Of a stretch of 64,000 nt of DNA, positions 9,435 to 20,254 are shown one piece after another (within the stretch, counting starts at the first letter, position 1; each line of letters starts with the position of its first letter). A program made the position numbers and the translations under genes. Location: the IMG/VR virus record IMGVR_UViG_3300027963_000043, positions 69,592 through 133,591 of that record; one strand, written 5' to 3'. The notes beneath the pieces are model-generated. The model was not told where the DNA came from, ran no database searches, and worked only from the letters and a program-made list of their open reading frames with translations. The stretch is from a virus.

Positions 9435-10577
9435 TTATGCTGCAAGTGTATTAATGAATTTATTATAGAAATAGTCTACGATTGATTTATTTTCTTCGAG
9501 ATAAGATCTTAGATTATCTATTCCTTGATGCTGCTTCTTAAGCTCTAGATTTACTTTTTTAAGCTCTTCAATGATTTCATCAGAAAAAGTAACCCATGCT
9601 CCTTTTGCCGTAGCAAATTCCCAAGCTAATATTTGATCAATAATTTCATACTCCCTCCAAACCGAAGAGCCATCTTTACGCCCATATTTAATTGGATATT
9701 GAATTTTAGAATTTGTAGATTCATTTGTGGATTTCTTAATAAGAATCTTAACATTATGTCCAATAATTTTATTCTTAACTGGATCATATTTGTCATTTGG
9801 TTTTTCAAGAATAAGGTCTTTATTGAACTTGGGTTCGAATTCAAGAATCCAATTGGCGAAATGCAATAATGCATTTCCACCAGTAGCGGTAGTTTGACGA
9901 ATGTCCTTATTAGCTGCATAGGGATCAAGTTTAATATCAGATCTAACTTGACTAATAAAAATGGCCATATGACCACGCTTAGAAAGAGCAAGAGAAATCT
10001 TTTTCATCAACATAGATGAAATAACTGCTCCACCAGCAACTTTTGTTGCTTCTGTCATGCTCTTTTGAGAATCACCTTTTGTCATCAAACCGTCTACTGA
10101 ATCAAGAATAAATACGTATCTCTTATTTTCATCATTAGATTGAATGAGGTCTTTCATTAATTCCGAAACAGTTTCAAAAATATTACATTCAAATACGAAA
10201 CAAGTTCCATCAATCCATTCTTTAGGATCAGTTACAAACTTAATTCCAGAACGCTCTTTAATTTCTTTACTTAATCTTCCTTCTGCTTTAAAAAGTAATG
10301 CTCTAGAGTTTTCTACTGTTTTAAGAAAATTCTTTGTTACTTCAAGTGCTTCTGAAGTTTTTCCGCCTTCATTCATCCCAATGAATCTATGTAAACCTGG
10401 GCATAAACCACCACCTGTAGCTATATCCAGGTTCAAGCTACCAGTTGATACCTTATAATATACTTCATCTTCAAAATTGTAATGGTCTTCCTTATTTTCC
10501 TTTAAAAAGGATAGTAGTCTATCTGATGAGCTTGGACCAGATGATTCAATAATTTCTTCTTTAGATTTTTTTGCCAT
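9435..10577 (-). CDS. recA: RecA-family recombinase
   Basis: STGSLNLDIATGGG, GMNEGGKTS, FILDSVDGL, IFISQVR, GGNALLH. Confidence 0.95.
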   Translation of the reverse strand: MAKKSKEEIIESSGPSSSDRLLSFLKENKEDHYNFEDEVYYKVSTGSLNLDIATGGGLCPGLHRFIGMNEGGKTSEALEVTKNFLKTVENSRALLFKAEGRLSKEIKERSGIKFVTDPKEWIDGTCFVFECNIFETVSELMKDLIQSNDENKRYVFILDSVDGLMTKGDSQKSMTEATKVAGGAVISSMLMKKISLALSKRGHMAIFISQVRSDIKLDPYAANKDIRQTTATGGNALLHFANWILEFEPKFNKDLILEKPNDKYDPVKNKIIGHNVKILIKKSTNESTNSKIQYPIKYGRKDGSSVWREYEIIDQILAWEFATAKGAWVTFSDEIIEELKKVNLELKKQHQGIDNLRSYLEENKSIVDYFYNKFINTLAA

Positions 10578-10612
10578 AATTTTATTATACCTTTCTTTTT
10601 AAACAAATGCAA
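10578..10612 (-). promoter_or_regulatory. sigma70-type promoter of recA, leaderless geometry
   Basis: TTGCAT-17 nt-TATAAT-6 nt-ATG on minus strand. Confidence 0.75.
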
Positions 10613-10617
10613 CTAAA

Positions 10618-11325
10618 TTATTTAAATTCTGGAGCACGACGGCCCCTTGAATTAATATTATTTGGGCCAAGCCCATATACTGAAAATTGTCTTAAACATA
10701 TTTGAGCTTCTGGATCCCAATAATGTTCTTCTGTATCTCTTCTAAAGATATGCCATCCGAATTGTCTTCTAAACATAAAGTCTGATACAGCACAATCATA
10801 ATTCTCTGGATATACAAGTCCATTTTTTAACCATTTGCTTTTTGCATGGAAAATTTGTAAATATCCCCAGCCCCAGTCAAAACTTCTCATTTCTAATTTG
10901 TAATTAGAATCTTTTTCTAGAAATACTTTTGAATAATCTTGATAAGTCTCTAAAACAAACCTTCTAGCACTTATCATCTGGTCGAAATTATCTTTTGATT
11001 TTAATTCTGTAAATATATTATGATAACTTTCTGGCAATAAAGTATCAGCATCTATAATTGTAATAATCTCTGGATCTTTAAGTAAACTCATAGCGTATGT
11101 ATAAGCTGCTCCTCGATTAAATTTTGCTGGTTGATTTTGAAAAGTATAAAATTTATCAGTTTTTATTAATTTAAATTTAACATCATTACATATTTCTTCT
11201 AATTCATCGTCTTGATTTGTATCTGTGACCACATATATTTCATCAAAATAATCATAATTATGTTGTTTAAAAATTTTTAAATAATCATTATAGTTTATCG
11301 CAGAGGTAAGGGCTATATTTTTCAT
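10618..11325 (-). CDS. GT-A fold glycosyltransferase-like protein
   Basis: KFNRGAA, IIDADTLL (DxD), GYLQIF. Confidence 0.7.
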   Translation of the reverse strand: MKNIALTSAINYNDYLKIFKQHNYDYFDEIYVVTDTNQDDELEEICNDVKFKLIKTDKFYTFQNQPAKFNRGAAYTYAMSLLKDPEIITIIDADTLLPESYHNIFTELKSKDNFDQMISARRFVLETYQDYSKVFLEKDSNYKLEMRSFDWGWGYLQIFHAKSKWLKNGLVYPENYDCAVSDFMFRRQFGWHIFRRDTEEHYWDPEAQICLRQFSVYGLGPNNINSRGRRAPEFK

Positions 11326-11654
11326 TTTTGTCTTATAAATTCTATTAAACTTTTAGGCTTTTTGCAAATCTTTTTATCATCTTGAACTTTATCGTCTTCC
11401 AATTTCACTGTTTTGATATTTAAATTTAATTTAAATTTCTCGTATTCCGATAATAGAAAAGCCTTACCTTCACTTTTAAGAAACCAAGCTAAAGATGGTA
11501 GTTTAAAATCTCTTAAATTATCCCAAAATTCAAATTCTTTAAATCTTTTAGTCAATCTTTGACCAATTTTAATCTCTCTTGGCCAGTTTATATTATCTTT
11601 TATATGTTTTTTAATTATAAACTGGCAAAGTTTATGACTATTTATAGTGGGCAT
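11322..11654 (-). CDS. Hypothetical 110-aa protein
   Basis: ORF preceded by TTGTTA-17-TATAAA-6-ATG. Confidence 0.75.
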   Translation of the reverse strand: MPTINSHKLCQFIIKKHIKDNINWPREIKIGQRLTKRFKEFEFWDNLRDFKLPSLAWFLKSEGKAFLLSEYEKFKLNLNIKTVKLEDDKVQDDKKICKKPKSLIEFIRQK

Positions 11655-11682
11655 TGTGTCTTTATAATATAAATTTATAATA

Positions 11683-12660
11683 TTAACAAGTTTTATTTTT
11701 ATAATAATCTATTGTCTTTAGCATACCATCTTGAAATGATGTTTTTGGAAACCAATTTAATTCTTTATTAATTTTAGTGTTATCTATGGCATATCTAAAA
11801 TCATGACCTTTACGATCCTCTACGAAAGATATATAATCTTTAGGATTAACATTTAATACTCTACAAATATCATTAATAATGTCTAAATTTGTTTTTTCGC
11901 AATTTCCGCCAATATTATAAGTTTGCCCAATTCTACCATTGTTTACTACAAACCATACTGCTTCGCAATGATCCTCAACAAAAATCCAGTCTCTTATATT
12001 TTTTCCGTTGCCATAAACAGGTATTTTTTTATTGTTTAATATAGAATTAATCACTACTGGTATAAATTTTTCATTATGTTGATTTGGTCCATAGTTATTA
12101 GAGCAATTAGAAATTGTTATTAAACTTTTAAAAGTATGATGATATGCCCTAACTAGCATATCACTGGCTGCTTTGGATGCTGAATAAGGAGAATTTGGAG
12201 CATACAATGTTGTTTCTGTAAACTTTCCTTCTTCACCTAGACTACCATAAACTTCATCGGTAGAAATATGGTGAAACCTAACTTCTGGAAAATCTCTGAT
12301 AATTTCTAAAAGATTAAATGTACCTAATATATTAGATTGAATAAATCTTTTGGGATCAGATATTGAGTTATCAACATGAGACTCTGCAGCGAAATGAACT
12401 ATATGCGTTATATTATATTTTTTAAGTATTCTTTTAAATTCTTCTTTAGCTGGAGAGTAGTCTAGTATGTCTAACCAGAAATCATAAAATTTATATTTAG
12501 GATTATTTTCAGTAGATTCTACATTTCTCTTATTTGATGCAGAATTTTTTCTTGTGGTAGTGTCTATATTTATTACGATATCTACTTGACTTTTATCGAT
12601 TATATACTTAATAAAATTAGAACCAATAAATCCGAGTCCACCAGTTACCAGAATATTCAT
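11683..12660 (-). CDS. rfbB: dTDP-glucose 4,6-dehydratase
   Basis: GGLGFIGSN, HFAAESHVD, STDEVYG, YSASKA, RKGHDFRY. Confidence 0.97.
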   Translation of the reverse strand: MNILVTGGLGFIGSNFIKYIIDKSQVDIVINIDTTTRKNSASNKRNVESTENNPKYKFYDFWLDILDYSPAKEEFKRILKKYNITHIVHFAAESHVDNSISDPKRFIQSNILGTFNLLEIIRDFPEVRFHHISTDEVYGSLGEEGKFTETTLYAPNSPYSASKAASDMLVRAYHHTFKSLITISNCSNNYGPNQHNEKFIPVVINSILNNKKIPVYGNGKNIRDWIFVEDHCEAVWFVVNNGRIGQTYNIGGNCEKTNLDIINDICRVLNVNPKDYISFVEDRKGHDFRYAIDNTKINKELNWFPKTSFQDGMLKTIDYYKNKTC

Positions 12661-13799
12661 GAATAATTTTCAATATCTGATTTTACCATTTTTTCTATTA
12701 AATTATCAAATGAAATTTTTGGTTTCCAATTTAATTCTTTTCTAGCTTTATCTGAATTTCCAAGAAGAAGTTCTACTTCTGCTGGTCTATAAAATTTTGG
12801 ATTAATTTGAATTAATGTTTTTTTATCTTTATTTATAAACATAATATGTTCGCCTTGCCCAATCCATTCTCCATCTATACCAGCGCATTTAAATGCTTTT
12901 TCTGCAAACTCTTTAATTGTATGGGTTTCATTTGAAGAGAATATATATTCCTTTGGTTCTCCAGAATAGTTTAGATTATATTTATCTTGATTCAACATCA
13001 TCCAAACTCCTTCTACAAAATCTTCAGCATCGCTCCAATCTCGTTTGGCTTCAATATTTCCTAATTCAAGTGGTTCAAACTCTTCTTTATTTTTAATTGC
13101 TCTATAAATTCGAGCTACATTTTTTGTAATTTTTCTAGTAACAAACTCTTCACCTCGTCTTGTGCCTTCGTGATTAAATAACCATCCTTGGATTGCGTAT
13201 ATTCCATAAGATTCTCTATAAACTTTTACTAATTGTCTAGACGCAGCTTTACTTGCTCCATATGGGCTTCTTGGTTTTAAAGGATGATTTTCATCTTGTG
13301 GTGAATATTGTACATTTCCAAATTCTTCACTAGAACCAGCTTGATATAGTCTGCAGGATGCTTTATATAATCTAATTGCTTCAAGAATATCTAATACTGC
13401 AGTTGAATTTGTATGCCAAGTTTGTCTTGAAAAGTCCCAACTACTTGCCACAAAACTTTGTGCTGCAAAATTAATGAAATAATCTGGTTGTAATTTTTCT
13501 ACTGTTCTTGATATAGCATGAGAGTCAGTTAGATCAAAATTAATTAAATGAAATCTATCCGATTTAATGTGTCTAATATTCTCATGATTATAAACGCTAA
13601 GTCTTCTTACTCCTCCAAAAATAATATAATCTGTATTTTTCAATAAAAAATCTACCATATGGCTTCCATCTTGGCCAGTAACTCCAGTAACAACTATGGT
13701 TTTTTTGCCATTGATCAATTTGCTTGCATCTTCAATATTTAAGATATTTGAGGTGTCTATTTTTTTCCCGTAATAAGTTTCCTTGAGATTTAAATTCAT
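12657..13799 (-). CDS. gmd: GDP-mannose 4,6-dehydratase
   Basis: GVTGQDGS, AAQSFV, PRSPYGASK, NHEGTRRGEEFVTRKI, RPAEVELL. Confidence 0.97.
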   Translation of the reverse strand: MNLNLKETYYGKKIDTSNILNIEDASKLINGKKTIVVTGVTGQDGSHMVDFLLKNTDYIIFGGVRRLSVYNHENIRHIKSDRFHLINFDLTDSHAISRTVEKLQPDYFINFAAQSFVASSWDFSRQTWHTNSTAVLDILEAIRLYKASCRLYQAGSSEEFGNVQYSPQDENHPLKPRSPYGASKAASRQLVKVYRESYGIYAIQGWLFNHEGTRRGEEFVTRKITKNVARIYRAIKNKEEFEPLELGNIEAKRDWSDAEDFVEGVWMMLNQDKYNLNYSGEPKEYIFSSNETHTIKEFAEKAFKCAGIDGEWIGQGEHIMFINKDKKTLIQINPKFYRPAEVELLLGNSDKARKELNWKPKISFDNLIEKMVKSDIENYS

Positions 13800-13843
13800 A
13801 TAAATATGATATAATGAATTTGGACAAAAATCAATATTATAAA

Positions 13844-14563
13844 TTATATTATGATATAATTTGGATTATCTCTGATAACTAAATCAATATCATTATCAAT
13901 CTTATCTTTCATGTATATTTTTGATGCGTTACTTAAGAAACCCATCCACCAACTATATGTGCCAAAACTTAATATTAATTTTTTAAAACATACGAATTTT
14001 TTTAAAGTATCTATCGTAGAACCATTATAAATTTCTACATTTTTAAATTCATTTTGTATTTTTTTAATTGTTGCATGAGTTGGTTCGTCTGATGTAATAA
14101 TAATTTTTTCGGGGTTTTCCATTTTAAGGGTATCAATAAAATATTCATCTGGAAGATCCCATTTTTGATTTTCTCGTGAAATATCATCTTTTCTAATATG
14201 CATTCCAATTGTATTATTTGAAATATTTTCTTTATTTGGGTCTATCTCTTTAAACCATTCTTTTATATTTGTTTTATAATTTTTATAATAATTATACTTT
14301 TGAAAATAGCCTTCTGTAATTATCATTCTGTTATTTTTATTTTTTAATACATTTTCTAACAAATCGTCTTTATATTCATAGCCATATACTATTTCTTGAT
14401 CATTTGTGTAAATATTTCCGTTGACTTGTTCTAAGCGTAAATCTTGCAGTAGTGGTAAATTATTAACTAATTTGTAATTAAATTCTTGGGCTATTATTCT
14501 CGCAAAACAATAAGCAAACATTTGATTGCCTAGTCTACCTGGAGATGGATTTGCGACAACCAT
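13844..14563 (-). CDS. GT11 alpha-1,2-fucosyltransferase-like
   Basis: GRLGNQMF, EGYFQ, HIRKDD, TYSWW. Confidence 0.88.
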   Translation of the reverse strand: MVVANPSPGRLGNQMFAYCFARIIAQEFNYKLVNNLPLLQDLRLEQVNGNIYTNDQEIVYGYEYKDDLLENVLKNKNNRMIITEGYFQKYNYYKNYKTNIKEWFKEIDPNKENISNNTIGMHIRKDDISRENQKWDLPDEYFIDTLKMENPEKIIITSDEPTHATIKKIQNEFKNVEIYNGSTIDTLKKFVCFKKLILSFGTYSWWMGFLSNASKIYMKDKIDNDIDLVIRDNPNYIII

Positions 14564-14564
14564 A

Positions 14565-15341
14565 CTATACTAGCATTTTATTGTAATAATCTTTGTATTG
14601 TGCGTTTATTTTAGAATTAAATGTGGCATTCCACCAAGGCGGGTCCCAACGACAAAAATGAGAGATAATATTATTATCATTATAATCTGTCCAAAATGAC
14701 CAATAATTATTTGGTATTTGTTGGGCAATTTGAGAATAAATTAAATTTATAATTGGTTGATCTGTTCCATTCTCTACGTGTTTATTTATTTTTTTATATT
14801 TTTCGTCTAAATGATATAGTCTTTGGATTGTGTCTTCTTTTATTATCGACGAGTTATAAAGTAATATTCCTGCATTAAAACCATTTTTATTTATATCCGT
14901 TTCTTGAGCTAGAAGATCATAATCATTTTGATTAGATTCGTTAATTGGACTCCATGTGGTAAAAAATTTTTTAATCGAATTTTTTTCAAAGTCTACAAAT
15001 AAATTATTATTCTCATTTAACAAATCAAATAAACTATCTAATTTATCAAAAATCATTGTATCGCAATCTAAATATAAAATTTTATCCCAATTTTTAAAAT
15101 ATGTTTCAAAAACGTGATATTTTAAATGATAGGCTCTATCGTAACTTTGTCCACTTGGAGATGAAATTGGAAGGAAAAATATATTATATTTTTCGAGAGC
15201 GGGCTTTATTTTATCTTCTTTGTTTTTATCATAAATAATACAAATATCAATTTCTCCATGCTTATCTCTGATATTATTGATGTTGTATTTAATATGATTT
15301 AAATAATTTTCGTCTGTGCCAAGAATAATTAATTTTTTCAC
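14565..15341 (-). CDS. GT8 family glycosyltransferase
   Basis: ILYLDCDT, FNAGILL, DQPIIN, HF; GTG 15341 overlaps upstream stop (GTGA). Confidence 0.85.
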   Translation of the reverse strand: MKKLIILGTDENYLNHIKYNINNIRDKHGEIDICIIYDKNKEDKIKPALEKYNIFFLPISSPSGQSYDRAYHLKYHVFETYFKNWDKILYLDCDTMIFDKLDSLFDLLNENNNLFVDFEKNSIKKFFTTWSPINESNQNDYDLLAQETDINKNGFNAGILLYNSSIIKEDTIQRLYHLDEKYKKINKHVENGTDQPIINLIYSQIAQQIPNNYWSFWTDYNDNNIISHFCRWDPPWWNATFNSKINAQYKDYYNKMLV

Positions 15342-15430
15342 TTTACAATCCACCATATATGCTCATCTCTATTTAATTGATAATTATTAGCGGAATTCAT
15401 TAAATGCTGTACTGATTCTTTTGTATACAT
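15338..15430 (-). CDS. 30-aa small ORF (MYTKESVQHLMNSANNYQLNRDEHIWWIVK), possibly a gene remnant
   Basis: Fills the gap exactly; stop overlaps next start; not in ORF track. Confidence 0.45.
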   Translation of the reverse strand: MYTKESVQHLMNSANNYQLNRDEHIWWIVK

Positions 15431-15435
15431 AGAAT

Positions 15436-16314
15436 TTATTTTTTATTTATTACTTTTATAACTTTATCTGCACATCCTGTATATGTATAATATTCATTAT
15501 ATATATTTTTTCCAATATATATTTTTTTCTCTATTTCTTCTTTAGTTATGGATTTAAGTATGTTATCTATATCATCTATATCTTTCGTATCAATAATAAC
15601 TCCATAATCATTAAAATTTATCATATCATTAAATGGAATCCATGGTTTATCGGAAATATATACTGGAATAGAACCATGTTGAAGCGCTTCGCATATTCTA
15701 AAAGACGTTGCTCCATATCCTCTTGGACATAGGGAAAAAATACTTCTAGACATTACATTAGAAAATGCTTCGTAACTTATAGAATTTTCAAATAAATATC
15801 CATGCTTATTCTTAAGATCGTTATGTAGTTTCTCTCTAATTAAATTATTTCTACCATATATAACGCCTATAAAACTAGCAAAAATATCTTTATTTTGTAA
15901 TTTTATATTTGGATTTGGTTGGCAAATTAGTGGAATTGAGTAATTTCCAATACATCCATTTCTTCCTCCTCCACCACCTTGTCCAAAAACATATATATTT
16001 TTATATTCAAATGGATTTATAATACCATCGTCCCATTGAATAATTGTAAAATACTCTTTATTTTTATCTAAAGTATCTAGGAATTTATTAATTTCTGATA
16101 TATCTTGTTGGGCATAATCTTTTGAGATATAATAGTTTGTCCAAAAAATTGGTAAATATGTTTTATTTGTTAAACATTTATTTTCTATTAACCAGTTGTA
16201 AAAATATTCTTCAAATATAATTTTATTATTCGGAGGGTATTCATGGTTAGTTTTAACCATAAAAGGTGTTTCTAAAATATTCATTGCCATGTGCAAGTGT
16301 GGAAATGTATACAA
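15436..16314 (-). CDS. Exostosin/GT47-like glycosyltransferase
   Basis: FSLCPRGYGATSFRICEAL..GSIPVYISD. Confidence 0.88.
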   Translation of the reverse strand: MYTFPHLHMAMNILETPFMVKTNHEYPPNNKIIFEEYFYNWLIENKCLTNKTYLPIFWTNYYISKDYAQQDISEINKFLDTLDKNKEYFTIIQWDDGIINPFEYKNIYVFGQGGGGGRNGCIGNYSIPLICQPNPNIKLQNKDIFASFIGVIYGRNNLIREKLHNDLKNKHGYLFENSISYEAFSNVMSRSIFSLCPRGYGATSFRICEALQHGSIPVYISDKPWIPFNDMINFNDYGVIIDTKDIDDIDNILKSITKEEIEKKIYIGKNIYNEYYTYTGCADKVIKVINKK

Positions 16315-16934
16315 ATTGTTTCTTCTGTAGCGAAAGATTTAATATAATTAATTGATTGCTCGTCAAGATTTCTTACTGAATCTCTTTGACCTCCTGGGAA
16401 TGGGAAGAAATAATTTTTACTTAGGTGTTTAATATTTAATAAAGAATTATTATCATTATAAATCTTATGAATATAATATGGTCCAGTTTTGCTCATCACC
16501 ATTCCAACCTCATCTCCATTATCATTTTTTACTACAGGCAGAGTATTAGACAAACCATCAAGAAAATCTTTGCAAATTTTATGGCTCGCTATAGAACCCA
16601 CGATGCTATTCCATGTCTCGTTTTCATTTCCACTACCAATAAAAAAATCATAATTTAACAGTTCGTCAAATTTTTTAATTTGAATAAAATCATAATCCAT
16701 ATAAATCCCGCCATATTTATTAAGTAATTCAAATCTTAGAATATCAGATTTTGATCCTAGATTTTCAGTTTTATCAAAAAAATCTTTTTGAACTAATTCA
16801 AAATCAATGTTATTATCATTCCATTCTTTAACTTGATAATCACTATTTATTCGTTTGATTTCATTTAATGTAATATCAAATTTCTCTGGTCTTTTATTTC
16901 CAAGCCATATTAAATGTATAATTTTAGGTATCAT
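16281..16934 (-). CDS. GT32 (OCH1-like, DxD) glycosyltransferase
   Basis: MIPKIIHLIWLG, SDILRFELL.KYGGIYMDYD. Confidence 0.9.
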   Translation of the reverse strand: MIPKIIHLIWLGNKRPEKFDITLNEIKRINSDYQVKEWNDNNIDFELVQKDFFDKTENLGSKSDILRFELLNKYGGIYMDYDFIQIKKFDELLNYDFFIGSGNENETWNSIVGSIASHKICKDFLDGLSNTLPVVKNDNGDEVGMVMSKTGPYYIHKIYNDNNSLLNIKHLSKNYFFPFPGGQRDSVRNLDEQSINYIKSFATEETICIHFHTCTWQ

Positions 16935-17793
16935 TTTTAAATCTACCAATTTCGTTTTCAATGCTAGAATAAATATTTGGTAATTCTAGATTTAATTTTT
17001 TAATTTTTTCTGTAGACAGAACGCAATTACTTCTTCCTACTTTAAAGTTAATTTCATCTTGATTTAGGAATTTCCAGTTTTTATTTTCTAAATTATGTTT
17101 TTTAAGAATTTCTACGACTTCTTTCGCTGTAATAAATCCTTGATTTGTTACATTATAAATTCCATATTCTGGTTTATTTTTTAAATTAATAAATTTATAT
17201 ATAAATTCGTTAAGATCATTTATATTTGTTAAGCTATTCTTGTAGCTGATAAGGTTGTCGTATTTTAATATTTTGTCTATATAGTTGCGTTCAGAAGATT
17301 TATGTGAAAATGGCATTCTTATCCTAAAAATATACGAATTACTATTTTTTAATGATAACTCGCATGCATGTTTGGTTTTGCTATAGAAACTACTTTCTTT
17401 ATTATAAATTCCAAAATTTGGTTCATCTTCTTCTGTATAGTCTTTTTCATATCCAGTATAAACGCATCCACTACTAATATGAATAATTGGTATATTCCAA
17501 TAAGAAGCTATTTCGGTTAAAATAATAGGTAATTTTACATTATATTTCCAGCAAGTTTCTTTATCGTTTTCGCATCCCTCTACATTTGGTCTTCCAGTAT
17601 ATCCAGCGCAATTTATAATATAATCTATTCGAATGGATTGATTTTTTTGAAGATATTTATTTAAAGTATTAAAATCTAAATAATTTAAATCTTTTTTAGA
17701 GTAAATATTTGATTTTATATCTGATTTAGATATAAAATGTTCATTAAGATTTTTACCTATGTAACCTTTACCCAGTAATAAAATATTTTTCAT
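16924..17793 (-). CDS. NDP-4-keto-6-deoxyhexose 3,5-epimerase/4-reductase (RmlD/NRS-ER-like)
   Basis: GKGYIG, INCAGYTGRPNVEGCE, SSGCVY, FYSKTK, LRIRMP-like FRIRMPF. Confidence 0.85.
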   Translation of the reverse strand: MKNILLLGKGYIGKNLNEHFISKSDIKSNIYSKKDLNYLDFNTLNKYLQKNQSIRIDYIINCAGYTGRPNVEGCENDKETCWKYNVKLPIILTEIASYWNIPIIHISSGCVYTGYEKDYTEEDEPNFGIYNKESSFYSKTKHACELSLKNSNSYIFRIRMPFSHKSSERNYIDKILKYDNLISYKNSLTNINDLNEFIYKFINLKNKPEYGIYNVTNQGFITAKEVVEILKKHNLENKNWKFLNQDEINFKVGRSNCVLSTEKIKKLNLELPNIYSSIENEIGRFKNDT

Positions 17794-18631
17794 ATATATA
17801 ATCTTCTATTGATTTAAACTCTAGGCATCTTTCAAAATTATATTTTATTGCTTCCATTTTAGAGAAATACTGATCTTCTGATAAGTTATTAATGATATTG
17901 TTGAATTCTTCAAAAGAAGAAAATTGTAATATTCCATTTTTATCAAAAATTGATCCTATATTTTTTGCTCCAAGATATATTGGAATTGTGCCTGTAGCAA
18001 AACAATTTAATATCTTTTCTGTAAAGTATAAATCATCTATATAATTTTCTATTACAATAGAAAACATGTAATCTTTTAATGTTCTGAAAATTGGTAGCCA
18101 ATTTCCATCCCCAGGTCCACCTCCACCAAGAAATTTATCTATCTTTGAATTATTTTGAATAGACTCCATTATTTGTAATCTAATAAGATGTAACTGGCAC
18201 ATTTTTTTATTTGAAGAAACCATAGAGCATAATTTATTTTTATTATGAATGGCAATTTTACCCTCTCCATGAGGTGTATCTTCTCTACCTTCTATCCATA
18301 TCCCTCCTCCAGGTATCCATTTGCAGTTTTCATATTTTTTAATAAAATCAGAGTTGTGAGTAAAAACTTTGTCAAAATATGGCACCGCTGGTTCAACTAA
18401 TTGATAGCCTAAAGCCTCAATGCTCCTAGATTCTATTATAAATCCATATGAGTTATTTTTTGAGGTTAATCCATTTTGTATATCTAACATTTTAATATGA
18501 GAATAGAATGTAGGATTATTCAAATCTTTTAATTCTCTATCCCAAATAATATGTTCTGAATTTCTTCCTGCTACAGAATATTTTTCATGGGCAAAATTAC
18601 CATCTATTAAGTTAAAAACTTTTTTGTTCAT
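17768..18631 (-). CDS. GT10 alpha-1,3-fucosyltransferase-like
   Basis: YMFSIVIEN, YFTEKILNCF, IPIYLG. Confidence 0.82.
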   Translation of the reverse strand: MNKKVFNLIDGNFAHEKYSVAGRNSEHIIWDRELKDLNNPTFYSHIKMLDIQNGLTSKNNSYGFIIESRSIEALGYQLVEPAVPYFDKVFTHNSDFIKKYENCKWIPGGGIWIEGREDTPHGEGKIAIHNKNKLCSMVSSNKKMCQLHLIRLQIMESIQNNSKIDKFLGGGGPGDGNWLPIFRTLKDYMFSIVIENYIDDLYFTEKILNCFATGTIPIYLGAKNIGSIFDKNGILQFSSFEEFNNIINNLSEDQYFSKMEAIKYNFERCLEFKSIEDYIYEKYFITG

Positions 18632-19405
18632 TTACCAATAAAGTATCAAATTATCTTTATGAGTTAAGGGAAATTCTTGCGCTCTTTTTACATTGAGATT
18701 AATTAATTTTTGCTCTAGCTCTGCTAGCGAATATGAATCAATTCGCCAATCTTTACTTATGAAATTACAGGTTATATATCCATGAGTAGATTTTAGTACC
18801 ATATTGTTTAAATAAAACTCTTGAATCGTTCTAGATATTTCAGTGAAAGCGTAATTACTTATAATTAGATCAAATTTTTTATCCAATCTAACAATCTCAC
18901 TTGGTCTAACTACTTTTACATTTTTTACATTTAATTTATTCAAATATTTTTCGGCAAGATTCAGCGATTCATCTAAGTCTACTAAATAGTAGTTTTGAAT
19001 ATTAAAAAAATCTGAAATAATTTTACATTGACCACCGTAACCAACGCCAATTTCTATAATATTAAAATCTTCTAAAGAACCACATAATTGCTTTAAATCA
19101 GATAATACTTTTATATATCTTAGTGTTGTTGGAGAAATTTGACCTATTCCATCATAATTAAATACAGCTGGAGAACCATATAGATCATTCTCTTTGAATT
19201 TATCTAATTTTTGAATATATTCTGGAAAATTTATATCCAAATATTCTTTGTACATTTTTCCTTGGTCTTCAGAAACATGCTCCAAAACTTCGGTGTAGTC
19301 TGGATTTTTTCTAAAAAAACTGAAGTAAAGATCATTAATTGCCGCCATTTGGCATGCATTTTTATATTTATGCGTATCGCTTATGCTGCTTTGTAATTGG
19401 TACAT
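18632..19405 (-). CDS. Putative sugar O-methyltransferase
   Basis: IIEIGVGYGG, DLIISNYAFTE; within glycan island. Confidence 0.8.
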   Translation of the reverse strand: MYQLQSSISDTHKYKNACQMAAINDLYFSFFRKNPDYTEVLEHVSEDQGKMYKEYLDINFPEYIQKLDKFKENDLYGSPAVFNYDGIGQISPTTLRYIKVLSDLKQLCGSLEDFNIIEIGVGYGGQCKIISDFFNIQNYYLVDLDESLNLAEKYLNKLNVKNVKVVRPSEIVRLDKKFDLIISNYAFTEISRTIQEFYLNNMVLKSTHGYITCNFISKDWRIDSYSLAELEQKLINLNVKRAQEFPLTHKDNLILYW

Positions 19406-19444
19406 ATATACTTTATATTGATTTTTTTATATTTATCAAGTATT

Positions 19445-20254
19445 TTATATACTTATCCATTGTTTAGGTATTAAATCTTCTAGGTTCCATGTTCCATTAT
19501 AAGCTGGCCCAAGCCAATTTTTAGGAGCTATTACTTTATTGTCTTGATTTAACCAAGCTCCCCACCAAGAAAAACTGCTATTTGCTAGGATATTATTTTT
19601 ACAGTTCGACATCATATACATATCTTCAAATGCATGGTTATTTTCCATATATAAAAAATTTATATGTTTAAATTCATTAAATATATTTTTTGCATAATCA
19701 ATACTATCTGAAAAAACTAAATAGTTTGCGCAATTTAATAATTCAAAAGCTTTTCTATAATAATCTTTATTCATAACAGGATGATGATTTTGCCTATAGA
19801 TATAATCTCCACATCTTAAATGTACTGAAGAAAAATTTTTATAATCTAAATTATATTTTTTATCTATTTTATCTTTTATTGACTTTTTAAATACAAGTTG
19901 CTGTTTTAAATCTTTTTCAAAATTAGTGAAATATTTATAAGATTGAAAATAACCTTCTAGGGTTGTAAAATCTGGAGCATTAAATACGTCTTTATTATAA
20001 GATATTGCATTTCCATCTTCAACTTTATATTTTATTAGATTTATATCTTGCTCCGAAAGAATTTCCGCAGAAATATTATCGAAACAATTTAAAAAATAAT
20101 GCTGAATTCTTTTGGTTCCTTCGTCAAAATGCTCTTCTGTTTTTGGTATTTTAATCTGATAATTATTTACTTTGCCTACAGAATAAAGTGCAGCGTATTG
20201 AAAAAGTTGATTTCCAATCGCTCCATATTTACCTAATTTAACAAATGTTATCAT
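19445..20254 (-). CDS. GT11 alpha-1,2-fucosyltransferase-like (second copy)
   Basis: GAIGNQLFQYA, GYFQS, HLRCGDY, NSSFSWWGAWL. Confidence 0.92.
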   Translation of the reverse strand: MITFVKLGKYGAIGNQLFQYAALYSVGKVNNYQIKIPKTEEHFDEGTKRIQHYFLNCFDNISAEILSEQDINLIKYKVEDGNAISYNKDVFNAPDFTTLEGYFQSYKYFTNFEKDLKQQLVFKKSIKDKIDKKYNLDYKNFSSVHLRCGDYIYRQNHHPVMNKDYYRKAFELLNCANYLVFSDSIDYAKNIFNEFKHINFLYMENNHAFEDMYMMSNCKNNILANSSFSWWGAWLNQDNKVIAPKNWLGPAYNGTWNLEDLIPKQWISI

